Part shown: piece after piece, positions 13,010 to 26,918 of the stretch | Layout of the letters: each line of letters begins with the position of its first letter | Position numbering within the stretch: position 1 is the first letter of the stretch | DNA from: Squalus acanthias | Taxonomy: Eukaryota | Length of the DNA stretch: 64,000 nucleotides | Assembly: GCA_030390025.1 (NCBI GenBank) | Contig: CM059432.1 | Location: forward strand, 49,106,001-49,170,000 | Direction: 5' to 3' | Translations under genes and position numbers: made by a program | The notes under the pieces: model-generated | Seen by the model: only the letters and a program-made list of their open reading frames with translations | The model's database searches: none | Told to the model about the DNA's origin: nothing

Positions 13010-13400
13010 ATTGTAGAACGGTAGAGAATACCACACAGGAGGCGATGCCATGTAAATTAAGGGCTCTTCGTTACAAAGACAGGCCTAGAGAGGTGGCAAT
13101 TTTTAGTTTGAAAAAGTGTAGACTTCAAGGAGATATGATTGAGGTCTTTAAAATAATGAAGGTATGAAGCTTGGTTACAAGTTGATAGGCTACTTGAGCT
13201 AGATAAGTTAGGGAGGACCAGTCAACAGAAATATAAATTACAAAAGCATAGAACTAGGACAGGTATTAGGAGGTACTTCTTTTTGCAGTCATCGACCACT
13301 GGGAAAAGCTGCTGACATGTGTAGTGAGTGTGAATTCACTACACTCAAAAGGGAGCTGGACAAGTTTCTGAGTGACCAACATATCTACATCTAGAATGTA
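13010..13400 (+). mobile_element. Old, highly decayed CR1 3' fragment
   Basis: AGACTTCAAGGAGATATGATTGAGGTCTTTAAAATAATGAAGG (RLQGDMIEVFKIMK). Confidence 0.65.
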
Positions 13401-14979
13401 GGTGGGTCATTGGGCTTCCTGGTGCTCGTTTGATTGCCTTCAGGAGTCACGGAGAAATTTCCAAGAACTTTCCCTGTCATTTTTTGTCTGTTCATGTATG
13501 GAATTTCAAAATGCAATGGATTAGGTGCTGCATAGAAGACCTGTTGATAAAATATTTAAGAGGGCAGCATGGATGAAAAATTGATGAAAGGACAAAAAAC
13601 ACAGTGGGGTAGAAATTAGACCTTTATAGACATAGAACAGGTGCAATGAAGGCCTCTTTTGGGGAGTAACATCATGTGCCAGATCAGCACTAGTGGTACA
13701 GGTGCCATCATATTGCCATAGACAGCTACCCAGTCACCTCTATCAGAGCACTCCTACTCCTCCCAACTCCACATTCAAGTAAGGTACTTACCTTCTTTGT
13801 TGTAGGCAATTCCTAGGCTTGCTTTCCCTGACTGCAGCCAGCGATGACGCTGGCGCCCTCAGGCGAAACCAATCCTGGAGAGGGGACCTAGAACAGGCTT
13901 TAGGCCCCTTATTTGCACATGCAAGGGGCATAACATCTGCTTCAGGCATGGGTAAAGAATGCCTCTTATTTGTCCTTACCAAATATGGAGGATCACGCAC
14001 TTCCAGCTGGAAATGTGCGTACGCTTCCTGCCCATCATATTGGGGCCTGAGGAGTTTGAGTAGTGCCCGAGTAACTAGGCCAGTAATGCCTGGAGTTTCC
14101 TCCTTAGGCGCAACCCGGAAACTAGGTCCGAAAATGCGCCCACTTTGAAGATGTCAAATTACGTCCAAGTATCCTCCCAATCTCATTAGAGTATGCCCAC
14201 ATTTAAAAGGTCGTATATGGGGATAAATCAGTGTAAACAATCGAGGCCCACGGAAAGGGCAAACTCACACTGGTATATTTCTTCTTGGAGTCTTAAGATT
14301 TAAGTTTCAACTCATTTAAGCATCATTCATGCACATCAAGCACAGCATTTTTAAGAGCCTGCAATTGGGGAATTTTTTCAATTTTTAATGTGACTTATGC
14401 TTATTCCATAAAAAATACATTAAAAGAAACAGAAAATACAGAGCAGATCTCAGTGAGGATAAATTAAAAAAACTGCATTAAAAAAATCAGAAAAATGACT
14501 GTGTGTTGCCGAAAGACCTCCCAAACAATCAGAGTTGGAGGATGCTCGCATGTGAGTCAGGGGTGTGGCCAATTTTGTGTACGGAGATTCATTTGGACGA
14601 AGGGTTTGCCGAAAGTAAAATTCAAAATTACTCGTTTACGCCGAAAATTTGGCAATCAGTTAATCCACGACATTTGTTTGTGCCCAGAAACTCCAGGCTA
14701 ATATGCATCTCAGTAAATTCAAGTTATTTAGTTTTGGTGGTTCCCTGAGACATAGCAGATGATCCATTTCAATTTTGCAGTCCTACACACCTTAAGATGT
14801 TGGATAATATTTGGATTTTACGGTGCTCGCCGCTGCCCACAAAATTTTAGCGGGCTCTGTAACGTCGATTTCCCTTATTCCGACGTGACGTTCCATCTGG
14901 CGCCAACTATCGGGGATCTGTGGAATCCAGCAACAGTGATGTCATTAAGCAGGCTGAGCAGCCAATCACATTCACCAAT

Positions 14980-16258
14980 AGCCTGCTCACCAATGCTCAG
15001 TTTGCGTTCTGCCAGGACCACTCAGCTCCAGACCTCTTTACAGCCTTGGTCCAAAGATGGACAAAAGAGCTGAATTCTTGAGATGAGGTGAGAGTGAATG
15101 CCCTTGACATCAAGGCAGCATTTGACCAAATGTGGCATCAGGGAGCCCTAGTAAAACTGAAGTCAATGGGAATCAGGGGGAAAACTCTCCACTGGCTGGA
15201 GTCATACCTAGCACAAAGAAAGCTGATTGTGGTGGTTAGAGGTCAATTATCACAGCCCCAAGACATCGCTGCAGGAGTTCCTCAGGGCAGTGTCCTACGC
15301 CCAACCATCTTCAGCTACTTCATCAATGACCTTCCCTCCATCATAAGGTCAGGAGTAGGGATGTTCGCTGATGACTGCACAGTGTTCAGTTCCATACACA
15401 ACTCCTCAGTTAATGAAGCAGTCCATGCCTGCATGCAGCAAGACCTAGACAATATTCAGGCTTGGGCTAATAGGTGGCAAGTAACATTCGCGCCACACAA
15501 GTGCCAGGCAATGACTATCTCCAACAAACGAGTGTCTAATCACCGCCCCTTGACATTTAACGGCATTACCACAGCCAAATCCCCCACCATCAATATCCTG
15601 GGGGGTCACCATTGACCAGAAACTTAACTGGACCAGCCACATAAATACTGTGGCAACAAAAGCAGGTCAGAGGCTGGGTTCTCGGCGGTGAGTGTCTCAC
15701 CTCCTGACTCCCCAAAGCCTTTCCACCATCTACAAGGCACAAGTAAGGAGTGTGATGGAATACTCTCTACTTGCCTGGATGAGTGCAGCTCCAACAACAC
15801 TCAAGAAGCTCGACACCATCCAGGACAAAGCAGCCCACTTGATTGACATCCCATCCACCACCTTAAACATTCACTCCCTCCACCACTGGCGCACTGAGGC
15901 TGCAGTGTGTACCATCTACAAGATGCACTGCAGCAACTTGCCAAGGCTTCTTCAGCAGTACCTTCCAAAACCGCGACCTCTACCACCTAGAAGGACAAGG
16001 GCAGCAGGCGCATGGGAACACCACCACCTGCAAGTTCCCCTCCAAGTTACACACCATCCTGACTTAGAAGTATATCGTCGTTCCTTCATCGTCGCTGGAT
16101 CAAAATCCTGGAACTCCCTCTGTAATAGCACTGTGGGAGTACCTTCACCACACGGACTGCAGCGGTTCAAGAAGCGGCTCACCACCATCTTCTCAAGGGC
16201 AATTAGGGATGGGCAATAAATGCTGGCCTTGCCAGCGACGCCCACATCCCATGAACAA
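14980..16258 (+). mobile_element. Second LINE family (CR1 group, distinct from HER1-like), RT and 3' end
   Basis: ALDIKAAFDQMWH, GVPQGSVL, MFADDC, FIVAGSKSWNSL; 3' end AGGGATGGGCAATAAATGCTGGCCTTGCCAGCGACGCCCACATCCCATG. Confidence 0.9.
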
Positions 16259-16359
16259 ATACCGATGTCAGGCTTACCGGTCTGTAATTCCCCGCTTTCT
16301 CTCTACCACCCTTTTTGAATAGTGGGGTAACATTAGCTACCCTCCAATCCATGGGTACA

Positions 16360-17700
16360 GTTGTGTGCTCAGCGAATTGTTCCTCCTGCATCTCCAATCC
16401 TCGCTGCTGCGCAATGTTGTGCAGAGTGCAGCACACCACGATCATTCTGGAGACCCGGACTTGCGAGTACTGAAAGGCACCTCGTGATCTGTCCAAGCAC
16501 CTGAAGCGCATCTTGATCATGCTGATCTTTTGCTCAATGACACATCTGGTTGTCATATGGTTTTCGTAGTATTACTCTTGGGCTTCATTGGTTATGTTCC
16601 TCATGGGTGTCATCAGCCAAATTTGAAGGAGGTATCCCTTGTTTCCTAGCAGCCACCCCTTAAGTCTGCTTGCAGGTCCAAAGAGGTCAGGGAGCTTGGA
16701 CTGAAAGCAGCATGACAGCTACCCGGGAATTTGGCACACACCTGCATGAACCTTTACTTGTGGTTGCACACCAGCTGCATATTGATGGAATAGAATCCTT
16801 TGCAGTGCCTGCTCATTCTGCCTAGTTTCATCACAGGTGAAGTTGACATAATTGCTGGCCCTGGCAAACATCCCATCAGTGACCTGCCTTATGCATTTGT
16901 GTGCAGCCGACTAGAAGATCCTGGATATGTCTTTGGCAGAACCTTGGAAGGATCCGAAGGCAAAATTTGATTGCGGTGGTCACTTTCACAGCCACTGGTA
17001 ATACGTGCTCACCAGGTCCAGCAGGGAGCAGGTCTTCTTCTAGGAGGCTGCAGACCATCTGATGCAACAACCTCAGCCTCTGGAACCAGTGTTCTTCCGA
17101 GAGGTCAAGGAAGCTGAGCCTCTGCCTGTATACCCTGTTACACAGCTAGTGCCTCCTGCAATCTCGACCCCTCTGATGCTCCTCTTAATGCTGACCACCT
17201 AGATGCTCCACAGCATGCTGTTGCTGCTGCTAATGGTCACCTTGCTCCTCATCCGATGTCCAATCTAACGTAGCCACGGCGCCACCCATTCTGATCGAGT
17301 GTCAATACCTCCAAAATGCTGAAACTAGTCTCTCACCACAAGTACTCTCAACAAAGCCTTTCCAAGTGGTAGGCAAGAAAGCAGCTGTGAGCACTGAGGA
17401 TTTATTGGTGTTGTATGCCTGACTTTTAATGAGCCTCATGAATTACCGTTCTCTTCTCTCCTTGGTTTCGATGGCGAGTTTAAATACTGGTTAAATATCG
17501 CTGTAATTCAGTGATTTAAATATTCAAATCGGCAACCAGCCTCTCCGGAGGGGGTTAGGCGCACGCAGTCAAACGTGCCCGAGTTAAACCTGGAGGTCAG
17601 CGCGTTGGAGCTGGCTTCCGGACGTGATCACATTTTTGCCGACTTTAACCCCCCCCACTCATACCGAAAGCCATGTGCTCCTCCTTGTTAAAATTCTGAG
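16360..17700 (-). mobile_element. Decayed Harbinger transposase element
   Basis: VIEQKISMIKMRFRCLDRSRGAFQYS..VCCTLHNIA; LPVAVKVTTAI. Confidence 0.8.
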
Positions 17701-17929
17701 TCTGCAGAGTGTTGAGAGTTTGATTCGTGATTTCTGCAGCTGGGAACAGCATTTTGGAGTGACTTTTTTTTTCCTTTAGCATTCTGCTTACACAACCTTG
17801 GTCTTGCTTCTGACTGCTTCTGGGAGTCTTAGGCCACAGGGAAATTTTCACCCTGCCACCCCTCCACCCCCCTCCACCCCCCACAACGAGGGCTTTGCAG
17901 GAGCAGATATGGCATTTCCCAAGAGCATA

Positions 17930-18500
17930 CCATTGCATGCCATTTTCATGGAGGGGGAGGATGAACAGCACAGGATGAAGAAAAGGAGATTGAGGCAGCA
18001 CTTAAGGAGGATGCAACCCACAAGATATTGCCCCCACCCCCTAAAAAAATATGCAGACAACACAGGTCCTATGAAGGTCATAGAGAGGAGATGTGCATTA
18101 GAAGAGTGCGTTTCACCAAAGAGGCCATAGGGAAGCTATGTCACCTACTGAATGAGGACCTGCAGCCATGGTCACCTGCCTGCACTGCTCTGTCTGTGAT
18201 TATAAGAGTGACAACTGCACTCAACTTTTAAGACACAAGTTCATTTGAGAAAGCACAGGGGATCTCAGTAATATCAGCCAGGCTATAGTGCAAGCAGGCT
18301 TTTGTCAGATAACTGAAACACTTTACAGGATAGCTGGGGAGTTCATCCAGTTTGACAAGATAGATCATCCAGTTCACAGTGTTGCTGGTGTTCCCAAGAT
18401 CCAGGGTGCAATAGATGGCACCCACATTGATTTGCGAACTCCTGCAGACAATCCCTACAGCTTCCTCAACAGGAAGGGCTTCCACTCCCTGAATGTATAG
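17930..18500 (+). mobile_element. Decayed Harbinger transposase fragment
   Basis: RFTKEAIGKLCHLL..RVTTALNF; IQGAIDGTHI..NRKGFHSLNV. Confidence 0.85.
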
Positions 18501-19914
18501 ATTTGGGTTCATTTTAACCTTTGGCGAGTGGATCGGCTGCCCATTATACACCTCTCCCGATTTTCATTTCGAAAGACAAAAGGGTAGAAATCCCCATTCC
18601 ACGCTCGCCGACCCACAATTTTCCACCCATGCATTTTAATGCAGGAAAAAAATCATAGGCTGGCTAGCACCGAAGGAAATTTCTACCCTGTTGGATTTTT
18701 CCCTGTATGGGAAGGTCAATTGATAAAAATGACCCTGACATTGGAGAACAAGCTCCTGATAACAAAGAATGGAATCATTTGCTGGCGAGCTGCCTGGGGA
18801 CGCGCAGCTGGCATCTGCAGATCACTGGTGTAATTTAAATGAGGCATGAGGCCCAATATGGAGCAGGCACGGGCTGACCCATTCTGGTGAAGGGATCATT
18901 CCCTACGCCAAGTTTGCGCTATCCAATTTCATCTCCTCTTTCTCACCCATATTATGCTAACAAATGCTGTTGGCAACATTGGCTCGAACAATTCAGAAAA
19001 GACACGGCTACTGTAAAGCCATTTCTTAAAGAATGCAATTATAACTGACTCAGATCTGTTTCGGTGAATGCAGAATACTCCTCTTACATACTGAGATAAC
19101 ACTCTGTTTCTTTTTTATTGTTTCAGAGCACGGTGTGACAGATCTGCACTACTCAGAATGATATTCTCAATCAGAGAGAAGGTGGTTAGTTAGAGTGGCT
19201 TATTTCCTCAGAGAAATCAATTTACCTATTATGCTTTGACCTCACAGTAGCTCTGCTTCCTTCATGTGCAGCAGGCTTATTAAAGTTCAGTTACCATCTG
19301 AAAAGCTCAATACATGACTTATTTTTTTTTATATAAAATCAACTTTAACAGGTACCCGAGAGAGGGGCTAAACTTGAAAGTTTCCAATTTCTAAAAGAGC
19401 ACATAAATTTCAATAACGGTTCTAGCCTGCAAGACCTGCAGCTAGATAGAATATGATTTAACAGAAATAATCTATTTTGTCTTGTGTACACACACTCCTC
19501 TTTCTGACAGCTTGTTAAGACAGGTACAAGAACACACCATCATTTCAGAGTGAAATAATTGCCTTCATGTTGCACCACTAATGTCATTTCTAGCAGTCTC
19601 TGTACAGTGTTTTGAACCTAGTGCTTGAGCAGACTGAAGATTTGTTTAATTATAGGAGCAATGGTGGTGGGGCGCGGCGGGGGGCGGGGGAAGTGCTTAG
19701 ATTTACATTTGCACTATGGAAAGTCAGGAAAGGTGGGGGGGTGAATCTCTTTGCACTACATTTACACCATTTCTCCAGGGTTCTCGCAGATTGTCCGTCG
19801 AAGTTATGATGATCAGGAGAACCCCCATAGAAATTCAACCCCAAAGTCTGAGCATTGCTTATTAAGCAACCAGCTTTAGTGTTGGAAAAGAAAGATATTG
19901 CAAGTAGTCAAATC

Positions 19915-20560
19915 AGAATGTTACAGCACATTCGGCCTATTAAATCTGTGCCCGTGTTTATCTACGCGAGCCACATAGTCTAATCCCATTCTCCTTGTTG
20001 TTTACCATACAACTTAATATTTTTCTTTTTTAAGCAACTATCTAATTGTCTTTTAATGGACTCTACTTCAACAACAGTTTGTGACAGTGAATTCCAAATT
20101 CTAACCAACCTCTGTGTTTTTCTAACTTTCCCTTTAAATTTTTGTGATTATCTTAAATTGTGCTCTCTGATTACTGCCTCACTGACCAGTGGAAACAGTT
20201 CATCACCATTTACTTTTATCACAATCCTTAATAATCTTGAATACTTGTTATCCCTTAACCTTCTCAGCTCTAATGAAAAAAAACCTGAACCTCAAATCTC
20301 TCTTCATCCCTGGTAACAACCGAGTAAATCTGCGCTGCACCTTTTAAATCCTTCCTATAATGGAGTGCCTAAAAATGTTCACAATACTTCAACTAAAGCC
20401 TAACTAAGGTCTTATACAAGTTCAACGTTACTCCATTGATTTTGTATTCAATGCCTCTAGATACAAAACCATCTTTAACTACCAGTGCTTCCTCTGCTCT
20501 TGGACTTCATTTCTACACTGGACTTCACTTATAATCTATCTACCCATCTTGCTAGTCCTA
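19915..20560 (-). mobile_element. Old CR1 3' fragment
   Basis: Decayed similarity to the minus-strand CR1 3' ends elsewhere in the window. Confidence 0.6.
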
Positions 20561-22129
20561 CATTACAACAGTGACTACATTTTAAAAGTACTTAATTGGC
20601 TATAAAGCGCTTAGGGATGTCCTGAGATCATGAAAGGCAAGTCTTTCTTCTATTTATGTCCTCCTGAAATTTTATGGAATACTCATCACAATTTTCTATA
20701 CTACCATTTAAATTTGATCTAATCGCCCGATTCATCCCTGCCTTCACCACACTCCCTTTTTGTCTTTTCTGGAATGTTCTTCATTTGTATACTTTCTGTC
20801 TTCTGTTTTAATATTTCTCATTGCTACGGTTCTGTTTGCCATTTTTTCCTTACATTAATCTGGGAATGTACAGATAGAGTGTGTGGATTGAGTTAAGGGG
20901 AATGCTACAATACTGAGTGCCCTTAAAAGACTAACATTTTTTTTCAAAGAAAGTGAGGAGGAAATCTGCAGACTGTGTACAGAAATAATATGGCTGCAGT
21001 AAAGGGGGAGGTTAACTATTCAGAGATAGACTGCGAGAATACATCTGGGAAGGGTTTAAATGGGAAAGGATTCGTAGACTGTTTTCTGAATACCTAACAG
21101 GCCCTACAAGGAAAGATGCAGTGCAGGACTTGGTGCTGAAAAACAAACTGGAGCAGGTTAACATGAATATGAGAAAGGTTAGAGATGAGCAATCATAATA
21201 TAATTAATTTTAATGTTGCAATAAAAAAGGGGAAAAAAGTTGAAAAGAAAGTTCATTGATTGAAGAGCGCCTGGAAATCCCTCTCAGAAAGTTGCACAAA
21301 AATTGCTCAATCTGGACAGCGGGGGAGGAAAATGGAGTGGGACCCAGTCATCCCGCCCCTTTTACACTGCATGTGAATTTCTGGCTGACATAAGATGCAC
21401 CTGCCCCCATTTAAAGCAAATGATGATTATTTCCCACTAGTACTGCCCTCAACTTAACCCCATAAATTGCTGGGGTCAGGGGCTTTTACCAGTGCTTTGG
21501 GGGATTGAATTCAACAAATCTGGTCTTTTTGTATGAATAGAATAAATAAGTGGCCTTGATTATTATTTGTATGCTCCTTTGCTTATGTGTTTAGTTTTTA
21601 CCTCTTAACTTTTTTAAAGCTGAGGATACATATGAATATGGTTTAAAATGTAGCAGACTTGAAGTAGTGTGACAGGTTTAGCAGTAGTGGGCTTTTAAAG
21701 GGACTTGTGTGATTTGCAACAATTATGGAATTACGCTACTTTGGTACTGTTGGGGTCATTCTGGGTTTGGCAGTACTTGCGGAGAGAGGACATAGAGTTT
21801 GGTAAGACTGGAGGGGGAGCACTGTAGGGTATGGTTATTTGATGGCTCCTGAGGCTTGACAGTAGTGACGAGGGTCCCAGGGCTTGGCAGTGTTGTTGGA
21901 ATGGGTACAGGGGTTGGAGCTTTAGTGGAGGCACCAGTTTCTGTTAGTACTGGATGGAGAAGGTGCTGGACTATTTGGGCTGGTACCAGGTCTGGTTTAT
22001 ATAAGGATGGAGGGGAAATTACATAGTCCAGCTGCACTAGATGAAGTTCTTAGGGTCTGGAAGCTCTGTGGGTGGGGCTACATTGTCTGGGAGGAAGTGC
22101 TAGTATCTAGGAGCTTTGGGGTTTGGTAC

Positions 22130-23425
22130 TGGAACATAGGAACAGGAGTAGGCCATTTAGCCCCATCGAGCCTGTTCCGACAGTCAGTGAGACCATGGCT
22201 AATTTGTGGCCTAACTCCATATACCCGCTTTTGCCCCATATCCCTTAATACTTTTGGTTAACAAAAATCCATCAATTTCAGATTTAAAATTAACAATTAG
22301 CCTAGCATCAACTGCCATTTGCAGAAGAGAGTTCAAAAACATCCACCACCTTTTGCGTGTAGAAGTGTTTCTTAACATCACACCTGAAAGGCCTGGCTCT
22401 AATTATTGGGCTATGTCCCCAAGTCCTAGACTCCCCAACCAGTGGAAACAGTTTCTCTCTATCTACTCTATCAGTTCCCCTTAATACTGTGAAAACTTCG
22501 ATCAAATCACCCCTTAACCTTCTAAATTCCAGGGAATACAACTCTAGTTTGTGTAATCTCTCCTCGTAATTTAACCCTTGGAGTCCAAGTATCATTCAGG
22601 TAAATCTACGCTGCACTCCAGGTGTGGTTGAACCGGGGCTTTGTATAGCTGTAGTGTAACTTCTGCCCTCTTGTATTCTAGTCTCCTAGATATAAAGGCC
22701 AGCATTCCATTAGCCATTTTGATTATTTTCTGTACCTGTCCATGACATTTCAATGATCTATGTACATGGATCCCCCAAGTCTCTTTGGACCTCCACTGTT
22801 TTTAGCTTTTTACCATTTAGAAAGTACTCTGATCTATCATTTTTAGATCCAAAGTAGATGACTTCACACTTGCCTATATTGAAATCCATTTGCCAGTTTT
22901 GCCCATTCACTTAATCTATTAATATCGCTTTGTAATTTTATGCTTCCATCTACACTGCTTACAATGCTGCCTATCTTTGTGTCATTGGCAAACTTGGATA
23001 TGTGGCTCTCTATCCCATCATCTAAGTTGTTATTAAGTACAGTGAATAGTTGAAGCCCCAACACAGAACCCAGTGGGGCACCAATAGTCACATCTTGCCA
23101 ATTAGAGTACCTGCCCATCATCCCTATTTTCTGTCTCCTGCCGCTCAGCCAATTTCCTAACGAGGTCAATAAATTGCCTTCAATTGCATGAGCTTCAACT
23201 TTAGCAAACAATCTTTTATGAGGGACTTTATCGCGTGCCTTCTGGAAGTCCATATAAATAACATCCATAGATATTTCACTGTCCACTACTTTAGTCACAT
23301 CTTCAAAAAATTGAATCAGGTTCGTCAGGTATGACATACCCTTTACAAATCCATGCTGGTTCTCTCTGATCAGCTGAAAATTTTCAAGGTGTTCAGTCAC
23401 TCTATCCTTAATTATAGACTCTAGT
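22130..23425 (-). mobile_element. CR1 RT and 3' end fragment
   Basis: QHGFVKG..DVIYMDFQKA..SKFANDTKI; RRLRGDLIEV; tail GGAACATAGGAACAGGAGTAGGCC on the + strand. Confidence 0.9.
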
Positions 23426-24164
23426 AGTAATTATTCTTAATTATAGACTGGGGCATGTCTCAGGATCTGACAGTACCGGGTGATGGGGTGGGATTGAGTG
23501 TCTCAGGATCTGGTTCCCCACCTTTGGTGGGAGGGAAATGCTACGGTAGCTGTGCCAGCAATGTAGCGTGGGCGCTGGCACCAACTGAAGGTTTCTTTCA
23601 GCTTCCTACCTTGTCTAGTGTAATTGATCTCTCTGCAATCAACTACATTAGGCAAAGTAGTCCTTTAAAATTTAAATCCTCCCCAATGGCCCCACAGCAA
23701 CCCTAGGTGCCAGGAATTCATGGCATTCCTAATGCCCAGCACGGCTGTGCCAAATCGCAGGAAATACATTGCTTGGCATAGTTCCTGCTCCTTACAATAC
23801 GCCACCCATGCTCGGGTGGGCGCTTTGTACAACCAGCTCAGGTTACACTGATTTACCAGCATAATCAAAGTGGAAATTCAGCCCTTGATTCTATTTCTAA
23901 AGGCCAACAGGGCCAATACTAATTGAAGGGAAACTAAAATACAATGCAAATACTGTGCAGTTGAATTAGAAAATAATTCTGAACTAAAGCCTAGATATTA
24001 TGCTTTGTGATATTTGCGTACATTTGTATGACATTACAGAGATGTTGATTCTTTTAAAATGCTCTGTTAAAATAGTGGACAAAGTAATTAGTGTAGATTT
24101 TCCAAATTCTTGCACCTGGCATTAGGCCCATAATTTTTAAACGCATGCCCAAAGACATAGGTTT

Positions 24165-24290
24165 TAAGGCGCATTTTAAAGGAGGAGAGAGATAGAGAAG
24201 CGGAGAGGTTTAGGGAGGAAATTCCAAAACTTAGGGCCTAGAAAGCGGAAGGCAAATGAAAGGGCAAAGGAAATCGGGGATGCACAAGAG
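24165..24290 (-). mobile_element. Probable L2-type LINE 3' fragment
   Basis: Minus-strand peptide FAFRFLGPKFWNFLPKPLR, typical of an L2/CR1-group ORF2 C-terminus. Confidence 0.5.
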
Positions 24291-25967
24291 ATGCACAGTG
24301 TAACTCTCATCTTAAGCCTGACACTTAAGCCCAGCATTACACTGTGCAACACACTGACCTTTTTGCTTTGCTCAGCAGTTGGTCCCTTACCTATTCCCAT
24401 GCACCTAATATGTCATTTTCTATCAGCTCTGACTTTGCCATGACTATCAATAGCAAAGCATAAATGTAGACCAATGTAGAGCCCTGGGAGCTGCCATGGC
24501 TCCCTAAAAAAAGGCCCTGCTAAATGTAGTCCTGGCCCGGTAGCCCGTGCAAATCGGGCACAGGCCATATCACTACTACAATTGTCATCGCTGCATGCCA
24601 TTATGCTTGTATATTGAATTTAGGCCCTAGTGTTTCTAAAATATTAGCAAATGAATAGTGTCTGCCACCACCAGGATAACATGCAATTCAGTGTACCATG
24701 ATAAAATTACTTCAAATAACTGTTATTTTGTTACACTCCCATAATAAGAAATGTTTCTAACATTAAATACTGACATTACAAACTCAAGTCTGACTAGCTA
24801 ATTTTTAATTTTTATAATGGTGTCATCACAAGATTCTGTATACTTTTTCATGACCTCTCCTTTGTGATAGAATGTTAGCGTCTCAGCAACTTTGACAACT
24901 TCAACTGAAAAGAACTTTGACAAACAATTTACAGCACTAAATAAATTGAAATGTTATTCAGTTTATTGGTTCATTTTACCATGCAATCAGCTTCCCTTAT
25001 TTCTCTGCATTGGTTATTGTAATAGGTTCAGGTTTTACTCATCGAACCTAGATGCAAATAAAGCCATCTTTCATTGTTCCAGTCATTCACAATACACATT
25101 TTTGGTAAGAGAACCTCCAACTGTCTGAAAAATTGCTCAACTGTAAAGACAAGAATGAGATTCTCTATGACAAGATCCAATTTTCTTTCATTGTGCCTGC
25201 CATCAGTATTTTGGATTAATCTCTCTGCTTAATTGAATCTCCAGTTTCCTTTGCTGGTCTGCATACTATACAGCCTTTTAAAGCCCCTGAATCTGAACAA
25301 ATGCGGCTGGACATGAAACATACATTGCTTGTTAACTTCTGTACTGCCAGAACTCTGTTTACTTGCTTAGAAATGTTCAATGTCAGTCAATCAATTGGAT
25401 TTTGATTCAGACACGTTCCTTCCCACTTGGGTAACAGATTCTGAGAGGAACGGTCAGTTAGTCTTGCAGACCTCATTAAAACATGATAGAATAAAATATG
25501 TGCTGTTGTGCAACCGTGCTACAATTTTTTCTGAGTTTGTCTAAACATTAGCTCTTCAAGGTCTCCTGAAATCGAACCTCTTCTTAGCTGGAGTTGCTCT
25601 ACCAATGCTTTCAGCCCTAACTATGCCTTGCCTCCATTGAGTAGATATATGCTTTTGTGTTTCTATTACTGACAATAAGATAACTGCTACAGTTTCATTG
25701 TTACCTGTTTTCTCACGATTAAAAATAATTTGTCATATTTAAAGGAGTCAAGTGGTGTCTTTTAATTTAATTTTCATTTTTAACTGAGAGTATATTGTGA
25801 GCTGATTCCTCCAGTGGGTACAGAAAAATAGACTACAAATTGCTGTTTACAATCTTAGTGGGTGAATGTTTAACACGTTGATATGACAGTCTTGTTTCCA
25901 CATCCTTGCACAGTGGGACAGAACATACTCATGTATGGCGATGGTGGAGTCTGGAACATTGGCTGAT

Positions 25968-26399
25968 AGAAAGAAGAAAGATTTGCATTTTTATAGCACC
26001 TTTCATGGCCAATGAAGTACTGTTCAAGTGTAGTCACTGTTGTAATATGGAAAACGTGGCAGCCAATTTGCACACAGCAAGGTGCCACAAACAACAATGC
26101 GCTAATGACCAGATAACCTGTTTTAGTGATGTTGATTGAGGGATAAATATTGGCCAGGACACTGGGGAGAACTCCCCTGCTCTTCTTCAAAATAATGTCA
26201 TTGGCTCTTTTACGTCCATCTGAGAGTGCAGACGGGACCTCAGTTTAACATCTCATCCAGAAAACGGCACCTCCGACAGTGCAGCACTCCCTCAATACTG
26301 CACTGGTGTCAGGCTAGATTTTGTGCTCAAGTCTCTGGAGTGAGACTAGTTCCCACAACATTCTAACTCAGAGGCAAGATTGCTACCACTGAGCCAAGA
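25968..26399 (-). mobile_element. Deu-domain SINE (SacSINE1/AmnSINE1-like), full length
   Basis: tRNA-like head at about 26330-26399; Deu-type core (minus strand TGAGGGAGTGCTGCACTGTCGGAGGTGCCG..GGATGAGATGTTAAAC); tail ending TATAAAAATGCAAATCTTTC. Confidence 0.85.
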
Positions 26400-26404
26400 C
26401 ATAC

Positions 26405-26918
26405 CTGATAGGTATGATTCTGTGAGTATGACCATTGCTTGTCTGTGGGGCAGCTCTCCCAACTTTGGCACCAGTCACCAGATGTTAGTGAGAAGGACTT
26501 TTCAGGGTTGACTGGGCTGGTTGTGCCTTCATTGTTTTCTGATTTAATGCCTAGGTCGCAGCTGAAAGTGCTTCAGGTTTTATTCCAGTTATTCTTCTTT
26601 GTAGTGCTTGATACAACTGAATGGCTTGCTAGGGCTACTTCAGAGGGCAGTTATGAGCCAACCACAGAAGTGGGACTGGAGTCACATTATAGACCAGACC
26701 AGGTAAGGACAGCAGGTTTCCTTTCCTAAAGGGCATTAGTGAACCAATTGTTTTCTTTACGACAATCCGACAGCTTCATGGTCACTTTTACTGATGCTAA
26801 CTTTTTAATTCCAGATTCTTTTTTAATTAAATTCAAATTCTCAAACTCCCATGGTGAAATATGAACTCACGATCTCTGGATTATTAGTCCAGCCTTTGGA
26901 TTACTCGTCCAGTAACAT
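26405..26918 (-). mobile_element. 5' end of a LINE: tRNA-like head followed directly by the APE endonuclease start
   Basis: Minus strand translates KVLLTNIW*LVPKLGELPHR..VILTESYL; the upstream ~320 bp is homologous to 56078-56360. Confidence 0.7.
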
